The notes: a model not told the origin generated them from the sequence alone. A stretch of DNA of 64,000 nt from Candidatus Latescibacterota bacterium (GCA_965217865.1 CBDCJO010000002.1:5312001-5376000); one strand, 5' to 3'; counted from the stretch's first letter, positions 8,247 to 18,041 are shown. Numbers and translations are program-made.

Positions 8247-9359
8247 ATGGCCGTCAAGATAGGGGAGCAGGATACAGGTTCCGTTGTCTATCAGGCAACG
8301 GAAGAGTTGCTTTTGAAATCGAATATCTATTGTGAGATTCCATACTGTTCCGCAGACTCGAGGACTTTCGTGTATGAACGGACTAATCCCGCATCGGAAC
8401 CGAACCCGATAGAATATGTGATTTGCGAGTTCGGGACATGGGAAACTCAGGTCGGTGGATGCGGACTCGGTGGTCCGGCGATCACCCACGAAGGGTTGCT
8501 CTATTTTCGAAGGATGGCCGGTGAGGTCGCCCAGGAACTGGTGCGTCTCAAATTGAGCACCGGAGCCTCGGAGGTGATCCACGATTTTCCGGAGGGTCTG
8601 AAACCCGTTGGCCTCGGGACGATGTCTCCAGGTGAGCGGTATTTCGCATATGGCGTGGCAATCAGCTATTCCCCCAGGATGTTCTGGATAGAGCTCCTGG
8701 ACCTGAATGCGGGCACCACAGAGATCATCAACACGGATCCGGACATCTGCAATCCTCACACTCAATTTGAACCGTCGGAGGGAAAGCAGGTGATGGTACA
8801 GCACAATCGAGGCTGTGAGTTCCTTCCGGACGGGACGCGGGTCAAGCTGGTCGGGGAGGAGGGGGCGACGGAGTATCTGCTGGATATCCCGGATGGAAAG
8901 GTGACCCGGCTCCAGGTGGGAAAGCCCTATACGACTCCCATTACCGGCCACGAATCCTGGATCGGAGATACGAAGGAGATCCTTCTCTCGGTCGGGACAG
9001 ATGGAGATTTCGCTCCAGAGAAAGGTAACCTCCTGGCTGTTCGGTCGGGTTCACCGGCTCGGGTGGCATCAAAGGGTTACACCTTCAGCCACGTGGGCAC
9101 TTCCGTCTGCGGGAGATTTTTCTGCTGCGACGATCATCCAAGCGCAGACTTGATCGTGGGTTCGATCCGTACGGGAAAGAACGCCGTGATCTGCCACTCG
9201 GAATCCTCATTCGGTTGGGGGGACCAGAACACACATCCCCATCCCTACCTGTCCCCTGATCTGAAGTGGACCGTGTTTAACTCGGACAGGAGTGGGGAAC
9301 CGCAGGTTCACGCTGCGACGATACCGGATGGGATGTTGGAAGAACTGGAACGGGCGTAA
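8247..9359 (+). CDS. Oligogalacturonate lyase-like beta-propeller protein
   Basis: NPHTQFEP, GHESW and C-terminal THPHPYLSPD.KW.VFNSDRSG; RBS ggagg. Confidence 0.7.
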   Translation: MAVKIGEQDTGSVVYQATEELLLKSNIYCEIPYCSADSRTFVYERTNPASEPNPIEYVICEFGTWETQVGGCGLGGPAITHEGLLYFRRMAGEVAQELVRLKLSTGASEVIHDFPEGLKPVGLGTMSPGERYFAYGVAISYSPRMFWIELLDLNAGTTEIINTDPDICNPHTQFEPSEGKQVMVQHNRGCEFLPDGTRVKLVGEEGATEYLLDIPDGKVTRLQVGKPYTTPITGHESWIGDTKEILLSVGTDGDFAPEKGNLLAVRSGSPARVASKGYTFSHVGTSVCGRFFCCDDHPSADLIVGSIRTGKNAVICHSESSFGWGDQNTHPHPYLSPDLKWTVFNSDRSGEPQVHAATIPDGMLEELERA

Positions 9360-9380
9360 CGCCCCGCAACCCATCCACCC

Positions 9381-9528
9381 AGGAATACAGAATATAGAAT
9401 GCAGAAGAAAGACCATCTGACTTTCACTCTGCATTCTGAATATTGCTTCTTATATTCTGTTTTTTCTGTTCGACCTGTGCTTCATTCTGACTCCTGACTC
9501 CTGACTCCTGTATTCTGAATTCTGATTT
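9381..9528. repeat. Inverted pair of heptamer arrays (CAGAATA-like / ATTCTG-CTGACTC-like)
   Basis: agaatacagaatatagaatgcagaa then ttctgactcctgactcctgactcctgtattctgaattctg. Confidence 0.7.
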
Positions 9529-9542
9529 TCTTTGAGGTTTTT

Positions 9543-10838
9543 ATGACTAACGACACGGTCTTTGAAATGGGATCCACACAGCTCCGTTTCGGGACAGGTG
9601 GAACGCGAGAAATAGGGATGGACCTGGTGGATTTGGGAACAAAGCGCGCGATGGTCCTGACGGACTCGAATCTGTCCGGTCTTCCCCCGGTCCAGACCGC
9701 CATTGAATCTCTAAAGGCTGAGGGGATCGATTTCGCTCTCTTCGATCGGGTAAGGGTCGAACCGAACGATGTGTCCTTCAGGGAAGCCATCTCCTTCGCC
9801 GAAGATGGGAAGTTCGATGCGTATGTGGCGGTGGGGGGAGGATCGACGATAGACACTGCAAAGGCTGCGAATCTCTATACCACCTACCCAGACGAATTCC
9901 TGGCCTACGTGAATGCCCCGATCGGTCAGGGAAAGCCTGTTCCTGGCCCCCTCAAACCTCTGATTGCAGTACCCACCACCGCGGGTACCGGGAGTGAAAC
10001 CACCGGGGTCGCAATATTTGACCTTAGTGATCGGCACATCAAAACAGGGATCGCCCACCGAAGATTGAGGCCGACGCTTGGTATCGTCGATCCGGAGAAC
10101 ACCCGGACCCTCCCGTCCGTAGTGGCTGCATCGACAGGGCTGGATGTACTTTGCCACGCACTTGAATCCTATACCGCACTTCCTTTCCATTGCCGTCCTC
10201 ATCCAGAACGACCGATCCTCAGGCCGGCCTACCAGGGATCCAATCCGATCAGCGACATCTGGTCTGTGAAGGCGATTGAGCTGGTCTCACGCTATCTTAT
10301 TCGAGCTTCAGCAGATCCGGAAGACGACGAAGCCCGTGAGAACATGCTGCTGGCTTCTTCATATGCAGGCATGGGATTCGGGAATGCGGGTGTTCACCTT
10401 TGCCACGGCATGTCATATCCGGTCTCGGGGATGGTTCGGAGTTTCCGGCCCGAAGGGTTCGTTTCTGACCATCCGATCGTCCCACACGGGATATCGGTGG
10501 TGCTCAATGCCCCGGCCGTGTTCAGGTTCACGGGACCGGCATGCCCGGATCGACATCTGCGGGGGGCCGAACTGTTGGGGGCGGATAGTTCAACCCTGAA
10601 GGACCCGGAGGGAGAAGCGGGTGACTTTTTGGCCTCCAGGATTGTCGATATGATGAAACGCCTGGAGATGCCCAATGGTCTCTCCGCAGTCGGGTATACC
10701 GAAAAGGACATCCCCGACCTTGTGGAGGGAACCCTGCCGCAGCACCGGGTGACGAAACTTTCTCCGAGGCCAGCGGGAAAAGATGATCTCCAGAGGCTGT
10801 TTGAAGATGCTATGGTGGCGTGGGCAGAAAAGCAGTAG
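9543..10838 (+). CDS. Hydroxyacid-oxoacid transhydrogenase (Fe-ADH family, ADHFE1-like)
   Basis: GGGSTIDTAK, PTTAGTGSETT, RPAYQGSNPISD, GVHLCHGMSYP. Confidence 0.92.
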   Translation: MTNDTVFEMGSTQLRFGTGGTREIGMDLVDLGTKRAMVLTDSNLSGLPPVQTAIESLKAEGIDFALFDRVRVEPNDVSFREAISFAEDGKFDAYVAVGGGSTIDTAKAANLYTTYPDEFLAYVNAPIGQGKPVPGPLKPLIAVPTTAGTGSETTGVAIFDLSDRHIKTGIAHRRLRPTLGIVDPENTRTLPSVVAASTGLDVLCHALESYTALPFHCRPHPERPILRPAYQGSNPISDIWSVKAIELVSRYLIRASADPEDDEARENMLLASSYAGMGFGNAGVHLCHGMSYPVSGMVRSFRPEGFVSDHPIVPHGISVVLNAPAVFRFTGPACPDRHLRGAELLGADSSTLKDPEGEAGDFLASRIVDMMKRLEMPNGLSAVGYTEKDIPDLVEGTLPQHRVTKLSPRPAGKDDLQRLFEDAMVAWAEKQ

Positions 10839-10869
10839 CAGTGGCAGTAGCAGGAAAAGCAAAGGCATG

Positions 10870-11123
10870 GCGGGCAAACGGCCCGTGATTCCTTGGCCCA
10901 GTCCAACGGGCTGGGTTTGAATGTGGTGAATCGAGCGGGCCAACGGTCCGCGATCCGGATCAATCCCACACATACCGTTCATCGTAAGCCACTCGATACC
11001 GTCCCAACAACCGTCGGTATGTGAAATTATCGCGGCCTTTCAGGCCGCACCACGCTATTGCTTTCCAAGGACTCAGGGCGATGCCCTGGGTTGCGGAACA
11101 ACGCGCCGTTGGCGCTGAAAGAA
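10870..11123 (-). mobile_element. Non-autonomous REP/IS200-like miniature element, copy 4
   Basis: Minus-strand YRRLLGRYRVAYDERYVWD* ending at 10960, flanked by the same hairpins. Confidence 0.85.
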
Positions 11124-11284
11124 TGCCTTGACTATAGTATAGGCCTTTGTAAGGATCGCCCCGATTCCCGGAAAGCGTCAAAGATCCTTTCCAGGAATTA
11201 TTTTTAAAGGCTCGGTGGGTTGGTTCTAGCCCTATTCCATCCCTTTATCGTCCGAACGGGTACCAAAACCCAGATTCCATTTGG

Positions 11285-11305
11285 ACCGACAATTAAATTG
11301 TCGGT
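11285..11305. promoter_or_regulatory. Perfect inverted repeat; candidate enhancer (UAS) for a sigma54 activator
   Basis: ACCGACAATT-A-AATTGTCGGT about 170 bp upstream of a -24/-12 site. Confidence 0.6.
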
Positions 11306-11469
11306 TGTGGTAAATTTATGTAATATTTATAAGCTATGATTAAATATTATATTAACAAATAATATAAATAGTCATGCCAATTGTATTGTCAGTTAGTTAA
11401 GGAATCAGGCAAATCGGTTTCAGGAACTTCATGTTGTTTTTATTTGTCTTTAGCTTAAAAGATCCCGGT

Positions 11470-11485
11470 TGGCATAAGGGTTGCA
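11470..11485 (+). promoter_or_regulatory. Sigma54 -24/-12 promoter
   Basis: TGGCATAAGGGTTGCA: GG-N10-GC. Confidence 0.75.
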
Positions 11486-11560
11486 TTTATAGCGTCTCTG
11501 GAAGGGCCTTGGGTGGACTTGACCAGATGATTAAAGGCAACCTTAATACGGGAGTGGACC

Positions 11561-12025
11561 ATGACGATCAAAAAAAACCTCCAAAGAATCGCATGGGTTT
11601 GCCTGGCGATCGTAATATCTGTTTTTTGTTTTTGGCTGTCCAATCCGTTCGCTGCGGCGAACCCCGGGAAGGACCGCGGTTGTTATAGTGGGATAAGTCA
11701 TTTACAAAGACGGTTTCAATTACTGGAAAATCGGTTCGCTCTAAATGCAGACCAGTTGGCGGCAAGGGAAGCCCTTATCGGCAGGCACAAAGGGGAAATT
11801 GAAGCACTGATCAAAAAAGCCAACGCTGCAGGTACGAATCGGAAGACCCTAAAAAGGGAGATGCGAGGTCTCATTGAGAATTACAACCGGGAATTTCTGG
11901 GGATTCTTACTCCTGAACAGCAGATTCAATTCAATGAGTTGAGAACAAAATCAAGGGTATATCCAAAGTATCATTCAAAATCTCGTCAAACCCAACTCAG
12001 GACGAAAGATCGCATCTGGATTTGA
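11561..12025 (+). CDS. Exported helical protein, Spy/CpxP/ZraP-like
   Basis: Signal peptide, LNADQ and ILTPEQQ motifs, helical and basic. Confidence 0.6.
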   Translation: MTIKKNLQRIAWVCLAIVISVFCFWLSNPFAAANPGKDRGCYSGISHLQRRFQLLENRFALNADQLAAREALIGRHKGEIEALIKKANAAGTNRKTLKREMRGLIENYNREFLGILTPEQQIQFNELRTKSRVYPKYHSKSRQTQLRTKDRIWI

Positions 12026-12071
12026 AAAAATCCGCCGGGATAAAGGGCTTTCTTCGAAGAGAGGTGACGAA

Positions 12072-15000
12072 ATGTATAAGCATAGATATGGGATGATCGC
12101 AATATTGGCTTTGAGCGTCATGGCCTTTCTGCCCATGACCGCCTCCGCACAGTATACGGCGTTCGGCAAGAACAAGGTGAACTATGTAGACAACGACTGG
12201 CAATACATCAAAAGCGCGCACTTTGATGTCTATTTTGTAAAAGGCTCGTATCGGTTAGCCGAATTCACGGCTAAAGAGGGCGAAAGGGCTCTTATTCGGA
12301 TTCAGCAAGACCTCCAGTACAAGCTGCATAACAGGGTCCCGATCGTGATCTATAATTCCCATAACGGGTTCGCTCAGACCAACATCATCCTGAGTGAACT
12401 CCCGGAAGGGATTGGAGGATTCACCGAGTTCGCGCAGAACAGGGTGGTGATCCCCTATCAGGGTTCCTTCGACCAGTTCCGTCACGTGATTCACCACGAG
12501 CTGGTCCACGCCGTCACCGTCGAGCAGTTGACGGGCGGCAAGGGCCTGTCTGCTCTTGTGTCACAGTCCGCGACCCTGCCACCCCTCTGGATCGCAGAGG
12601 GGATGGCCGAGTATCTCTCTTTAGGGTGGGACAAACAGACGGACAATATGATGCGGGACGCTTCGATCACGGGTTACGTCCCGCCGATCAATCAGATCTT
12701 CGGGGGGTTGTTCGCTTATAAGGGAGGCCAATCGATCTTCAAGATGATCGAGGAGAAGTATGGGAAGAAGAAGATAGCGGAGTTCGAGGCAGCCCTCAAG
12801 ACGGCCAGGATACCCGACAGGGCCTTGAAGGCCAGCCTGGGGATCGACACGGAGAAGCTCTCTGAGGAGTGGCACCTCTGGCTGAAGCGGCGCTATTGGA
12901 ACGACATCAACCTGCGCGAAACCCCCGAAGAGGTGGCGGTCAAGCTGACCGATCGGAAAACCATACGTTCGTTTTACAACCTTGCCCCGGCGATCTCGCC
13001 GCAGGGGGACAAGATCGCTTTTCTGACGGACCGACGGACATACACGGATATCTATCTGATGTCGGCCATCGACGGGAAGATCCTGAAGCGTCTGGTGGAC
13101 GGGGAGAAGTCCTCCAAATTCGAGACGATGCTCCTGCTCAGCCCGGGCATCACCTGGTCTCCCGACGGCAAGGAGATCGCCTTTATCGCCAAGGCCGGGG
13201 ACCGCAACGCCCTCTACACGCTCAACGTACGGAAGACGAAGTTGACCCGAAAGATGAAGTTCGATCTGGACGGCATGTTCAAGCCCTCCTGGTCCCCGGA
13301 TGGCAAGCGGATGGTGGTGGTGGGGCTGAAGTCTGGCATGTCGGATCTCTACACGATAGGCCTGGAGGATCGGTCCATCCGGCGGATCACGGCGGACCCC
13401 TACGAGGAGACCGACCCGGAGTGGTCGCCAGACGGCGAATGGATCGCATTCTCATCGGACCGGCCCGATGCGACGGTGACGTTCGAGGGGGACCGGGATT
13501 TTCCGTTCGGGCAGTACGATGTATTCGTCATGCGGCCCGACGGGCAGGAGATGCGACGGATCACGAACGATCCCTCCCTGGACAGCAAGCCGAGCTGGTC
13601 GCCTGACGGCAACCGGATCGCTTTCATCTCGGACCGATCAGGGGTGGGCAACATCTACATCGCCGAGTTGGACAGCCTGGTTGGCAAGCCCGCAAGATAC
13701 TATCCGACAAAGGACTCCACGCTGCTGGCCGAACAGGTGGACACGATGATGCTCCCCATTGCATATCCGATCACCAACCTGTTGGCCTCCTGCGAGGACA
13801 TTCACTGGTCTGCAGACGGGAAAAAGATTGCCTTCTCCGCCTTCCACAAGGCGGGATACGACATCTATGCCATGAAGAATCCTCTGGAACATCGGATGGC
13901 GGACGCCGATATCCCCCCCACGATATTCGCGACCAATCTGATTGGGGGGAAGAAGGCAGAAAAAAAGGTCTCTGTTGGACCCACCGTAATGGACACGGTA
14001 TCCAATGCATCGGTCCCGGCCTCCGAGGAGGAAGAGTCTGATACCTTCGGTGATTTGGTCGTCCGGAAGGATGGAGATGGGAACGAAGGGGTGCTGGGTG
14101 AGGAGGTATGGACCGTCGAGGGGGAGGAGATCGCATCGACTGAAAATCTCGATAAGGCGGACCCGAACTCTGAGTCTCCGAAGGAAAATGGAGAGCTTGA
14201 AGAAAAGGGGCCCGCGAACAAGCAGGTGGAGTGGTTGGGCTTGCCCGAGAAGAAATTCGAGGTTCACAAATACAGGCTTAAGTTCAAACCCGAACTATTC
14301 GCGGCCAATGCCGGTTTCGACACCTTCTACGGGGCCAGCGGCATGGTACAGCTTTCCATGACCGACATGATGGGCAACCATCGGGCAAGTTTTGCAACGA
14401 GCCTCAACTTTTCTTTGCGGGACAGCGACATCATCGGTTCCTACGCATATCTAAGGCGAAGGACCCAGTACGCCGGCGTGCTCTATCACACCCGCTACTT
14501 CTTCTATACGCAGAACCAGTTGGCCGCGGATCGAATCTACGGATTCAACATGCTAATGGTGCGGCCTTTCAACAGGTTCTCCCGGTTGGAGATGAGCAAC
14601 AATTTCGTGAACATCAGCCGGGAGATTATCAACAACCAGCAGGCCAGCCCGTTTACCCGCGGGGGCTTCTTCGCGGGCACCACCCGAGGATTGAGCGGAC
14701 AGACACTACCGACACGCAGGGCTTACACCACAGAGGTTGCCCTGGTTCAGGACAACATCCTCCCGGGTTTCTTCGGTCCGGTCGACGGCTCACGGTCCCG
14801 TCTTGCGTTTGAGCGAAGCTGGTCGGGTCTGACCTTCAACACCGTAGAACTCGACACCCGGCACTATTTCCGGTTTCTGAACGATTACACTTTTGCTCTT
14901 CGCCTGGCGGGCGGGAGCAGCTTCGGCCAAAACCGACAGATTTTCTTCCTGGGTGGGGTGAACAACGAGATCAATCCCATCCTGGCAACAAATAGCCCTT

Positions 15001-15434
15001 TGAACAACCTGGATTCGGACGACGTTTTCTTCTCCAAGTTTGTCTGGCCCCTGCGGGGCCTGGGCCTGTTCGAGCAGGCCGGGGACAGCTACCTGCTCGG
15101 CAACGTAGAGTTCCGGTTCCCGATCGTTCGTCAACTCGCCCTGGGCTGGCCCCTCCCCTTCCTGTTCCAGGACATAGAGGGTACCCTCTTCTTTGACATG
15201 GGCGGGGCATTCGATCGGGGCAACTTCGATCCCTGGGATATTCGGAACGGAGGGCTGATCCTGAATGGATACAATCCGAGCAAGCGGGGCGGGTTTGCAG
15301 CGGGATACGGTCTGGGTGTCCGCGTCAACGTGGGAATCTTCCTCTTCCGCTACGATCTGGCTTGGCCTACAGATCTGGAACAGACGTTTGGACTCAGGCA
15401 TTACTACTCCGCCGATTTCCAGGGATTGTTCTGA
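12072..15434 (+). CDS. Zincin peptidase + TolB-like PD40 propeller + BamA/Omp85 beta-barrel fusion
   Basis: Signal peptide; HHELVH and WIAEGMAEY; multiple WSPDG repeats; PLRG, NVEFRFP, G.G.R barrel motifs; terminal Phe. Confidence 0.88.
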   Translation: MYKHRYGMIAILALSVMAFLPMTASAQYTAFGKNKVNYVDNDWQYIKSAHFDVYFVKGSYRLAEFTAKEGERALIRIQQDLQYKLHNRVPIVIYNSHNGFAQTNIILSELPEGIGGFTEFAQNRVVIPYQGSFDQFRHVIHHELVHAVTVEQLTGGKGLSALVSQSATLPPLWIAEGMAEYLSLGWDKQTDNMMRDASITGYVPPINQIFGGLFAYKGGQSIFKMIEEKYGKKKIAEFEAALKTARIPDRALKASLGIDTEKLSEEWHLWLKRRYWNDINLRETPEEVAVKLTDRKTIRSFYNLAPAISPQGDKIAFLTDRRTYTDIYLMSAIDGKILKRLVDGEKSSKFETMLLLSPGITWSPDGKEIAFIAKAGDRNALYTLNVRKTKLTRKMKFDLDGMFKPSWSPDGKRMVVVGLKSGMSDLYTIGLEDRSIRRITADPYEETDPEWSPDGEWIAFSSDRPDATVTFEGDRDFPFGQYDVFVMRPDGQEMRRITNDPSLDSKPSWSPDGNRIAFISDRSGVGNIYIAELDSLVGKPARYYPTKDSTLLAEQVDTMMLPIAYPITNLLASCEDIHWSADGKKIAFSAFHKAGYDIYAMKNPLEHRMADADIPPTIFATNLIGGKKAEKKVSVGPTVMDTVSNASVPASEEEESDTFGDLVVRKDGDGNEGVLGEEVWTVEGEEIASTENLDKADPNSESPKENGELEEKGPANKQVEWLGLPEKKFEVHKYRLKFKPELFAANAGFDTFYGASGMVQLSMTDMMGNHRASFATSLNFSLRDSDIIGSYAYLRRRTQYAGVLYHTRYFFYTQNQLAADRIYGFNMLMVRPFNRFSRLEMSNNFVNISREIINNQQASPFTRGGFFAGTTRGLSGQTLPTRRAYTTEVALVQDNILPGFFGPVDGSRSRLAFERSWSGLTFNTVELDTRHYFRFLNDYTFALRLAGGSSFGQNRQIFFLGGVNNEINPILATNSPLNNLDSDDVFFSKFVWPLRGLGLFEQAGDSYLLGNVEFRFPIVRQLALGWPLPFLFQDIEGTLFFDMGGAFDRGNFDPWDIRNGGLILNGYNPSKRGGFAAGYGLGVRVNVGIFLFRYDLAWPTDLEQTFGLRHYYSADFQGLF

Positions 15435-15605
15435 AAGAGGTTTTGATCCGATTGATCTTTAGTAACTGATGGGATACCATGAATCCCTCCTGGTTGCTGG
15501 TTTAGAAGACAGGGGCTAACCCGGCTGGCCTTCCTGCATCTTTTCAGCCACCAGGGGGGTTTTATTTAGATATGTCTTGTCGTTTTCCTCCAAAAAGGGG
15601 GGTTC

Positions 15606-16086
15606 ATGCGGAAGGGTCTTCTGGCTCTGATAGGTGCTTCTCTTTGTTTCTTAATTTCAATCACTGCGGATGCTCGTCCGCATCGGGTCAACCAGATTCC
15701 CAACGGAGCGGTTTTTAGCTGTCTGACCTGCCACAACTCTACAGCGGGTGGGGCCCGCAATCTGTTTGGAAGGACGGTGGAAGGTTCATTCCTGACTGGG
15801 AGCGGCGCATCCGCGAATGTGGTATGGAATACCTTACTGGCAAGCCTGGATTCGGACGGGGACGGGTTTTCGAATGGAAGGGAACTCGGCGACCCGGGGG
15901 GGACGGGACTGCCCGGATTCGGATTTTGACGGGGATGGAATGATCGATCTGGACGATTTCTTTTTCTTCGCCGGGGCTTTCGGAGGCACCGACCCGTTAT
16001 ACGACCTGAACAAGAGCGGAAAGGTGGACTTTGAAGATTTTTTCATCTTTGCTGTGGACTTCGGGAAGAAGGCGAGGCCTTCATGA
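15606..16086 (+). pseudogene. Temptin-like CxxCH protein with C-terminal dockerin-like domain, split by a frameshift near 15895-15917
   Basis: Signal peptide, QIPNG..SCLTCH..GGARNLFG..DSDGDGFSNGRELGDP; the next frame gives DFDGDGMIDLDDFFFFA..DLNKSGKVDFEDFF. Confidence 0.7.
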
Positions 16087-16163
16087 GAATATACACTTGT
16101 TATTTCCGATCGTGAACGAGGATCTCCTGAATGGGAATGGTTCGTTCGAATTCGATTAGTCAG

Positions 16164-16195
16164 AAAAGAGGGCCTACTTCAAGGCCCTCTTTTTT
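16164..16195 (+). terminator. Rho-independent terminator (possibly bidirectional)
   Basis: aaaagagggcct-acttca-aggccctctttttt. Confidence 0.85.
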
Positions 16196-16352
16196 CATCC
16201 CGTTGATCTGGCCATTCTACGTGTCCTTCCTGAACCGAGAGTCAAATAAATATTGTGAATCCTCATCGATCCTATGTAAATTTAAAGGTTAGGAAAGGTT
16301 TCAAGACGCATTTCTTTGCGTTTTCCGATATCGAAGCTCCTATTACGTAAGG

Positions 16353-18041
16353 ATGTTAATATTGCCGGGCAAAAGGCACACCATTCTGATCGTCGATGAC
16401 GATCCCGGAATCCGGGATTCGCTCCAAATCTCTTTGGAGCTTGATTATGACGTACTGACAGCACCCGGTGGAACAGAGGCTCTGGAGCTGTTAACCCGTC
16501 ACGAAGTGGCCTTGATCATTACCGACCAACGGATGCCTGAAATGACGGGGGTTGCCTTCCTGGAAAAAGCGCAGCAAATTTCGCCCAAAAGTGTTCGGAT
16601 GATGCTCACGGGTTTTGCGGATTTCGATGCGATCGTGAACGCTATAAACCAGGGACAAATCTATCGGTATATCGCTAAGCCCTGGGAGCCGAGAGAGCTT
16701 GAAATGGATGTCCGCCGGGCAGTAGAATCGTATGAGCTGAAGGTCTCTCTGGACAGGCGGATGCACGAGCTTCGAACGCTTTGTGAGATCGGGGCCACGA
16801 TCACTTCAGTCCTGGATGTTGATGAAGTGATTCAGACGATCCTGAACGCTGTTGTCGAGACGCTCGGGTTGGATCGATCCTTCCTGATGTTGGTTAAAGA
16901 AGGGGAGGGTGTCCTCTGCAGCCGGGCGTGCGCCGGGGCGAGCCCGGAGGTGATAGCGGTTTTTTCAGGACTCGAATATCGGTTGGACCGGGAGGACGTT
17001 GCCGTCGTACGAACGATCCGTGAGGACCGTTCCATTCTGGTGGAGGATGTGGAAAATCCTCCGGTTCCGGTAGACAGAGAATCGATACATCGCATGAAGA
17101 TCAGGTCATTTGTCACTGCGCCTTTGCGGGCTGGAGACCGTCGAATAGGAGTCCTGATGGCGGATCGGATCGAGACTGGCGAACAGGTCACCGCTCATGA
17201 CCAGCGTCTGTTGATAGGATTTGCGAACCAGGCGGCTATCGCTATCGAAAATGCGCGACTTTACAGCGAAGCTTTAGAGAAGAAGCGGTTGGAGGAGGAG
17301 GTTGCGTTGGCCGGTCGGATTCAGTTCCACCTGTTACCGCAGACCATCCCACAGGTCGATGGATTCGATCTCGTCGGGCGAAGCCTGCCCAATCGAGCGG
17401 TAAGTGGGGATTATTTCGACGTCCTGAAGGACCCGTCAGGCAAGGTATGGATTGCCCTGGGAGACGTTTCCGGCAAAGGCGTTCCTGCGGCCTTGACCAT
17501 GGCCACCCTCCGATCCCTGTTTCGCTCGGAACTCGAACGAGAGCATAGTCTTTCAGAGTCGATGCGTCGAATCGGTGTAGGTCTTTGGCACTGCACAGCT
17601 CCCGAAGTGTTTGCGACGTTCTGTTTCGGGGTTTTGGACCCATCCAAGCGGACCTTCAGGTTCGTCAATGCGGGACATCCCCTTCCGCTCCTGGTTCGGG
17701 CAAAGGGAGAGTCCTGTGTGGCCGGGGGTGCGGGTATGCCGGTGGGGATCGATCCCGCCCTTGTGGGTGAAAAATCCTATCCGGAACAGCAGATCAAACT
17801 GGAACCTGGGGATGTCCTGGTGATTTATAGTGATGGCATCACCGAGGCTGGGTCGACCGGAAATGAGATGTTTGGCGATGAACGGCTTGAATCGGTTGTC
17901 TCAAGGCACAGGTCGAACGGAGCAGGCGCCGTTCAGGCTGCGGTGTGTGATGCCGTCGACGAATTTTTAGGAAATTCACCGCCTGATGACGATTTGACGA
18001 TGGTGGTGATTGGGGCGAAAGAAAATGGGACCAGGAATTAG
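16353..18041 (+). CDS. Receiver-GAF-PP2C (SpoIIE/RsbU-type) phosphatase
   Basis: IVDDD/DQRMP receiver, GAF (ANQAAIAIENARLY), SGDYFD, GDVSGKG, YSDGITEA, DDLT. Confidence 0.93.
   Translation: MLILPGKRHTILIVDDDPGIRDSLQISLELDYDVLTAPGGTEALELLTRHEVALIITDQRMPEMTGVAFLEKAQQISPKSVRMMLTGFADFDAIVNAINQGQIYRYIAKPWEPRELEMDVRRAVESYELKVSLDRRMHELRTLCEIGATITSVLDVDEVIQTILNAVVETLGLDRSFLMLVKEGEGVLCSRACAGASPEVIAVFSGLEYRLDREDVAVVRTIREDRSILVEDVENPPVPVDRESIHRMKIRSFVTAPLRAGDRRIGVLMADRIETGEQVTAHDQRLLIGFANQAAIAIENARLYSEALEKKRLEEEVALAGRIQFHLLPQTIPQVDGFDLVGRSLPNRAVSGDYFDVLKDPSGKVWIALGDVSGKGVPAALTMATLRSLFRSELEREHSLSESMRRIGVGLWHCTAPEVFATFCFGVLDPSKRTFRFVNAGHPLPLLVRAKGESCVAGGAGMPVGIDPALVGEKSYPEQQIKLEPGDVLVIYSDGITEAGSTGNEMFGDERLESVVSRHRSNGAGAVQAAVCDAVDEFLGNSPPDDDLTMVVIGAKENGTRN

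Noticed and set aside
6982-8262. Short ORFs beginning MGLIR(V/I)AD and overlapping ORFs
   Set aside because: They are translations of the repeated elements, not independent genes
5163-11123. Integron attC cassette array or CRISPR-like array
   Set aside because: No integrase, no consistent RYYYAAC/GTTRRRY ends, irregular spacing; cores match transposase termini instead
15482-15563. SRP (4.5S) RNA
   Set aside because: Lacks the conserved CAGG-CC-GRAA-GG-AGCAG domain IV motif on either strand
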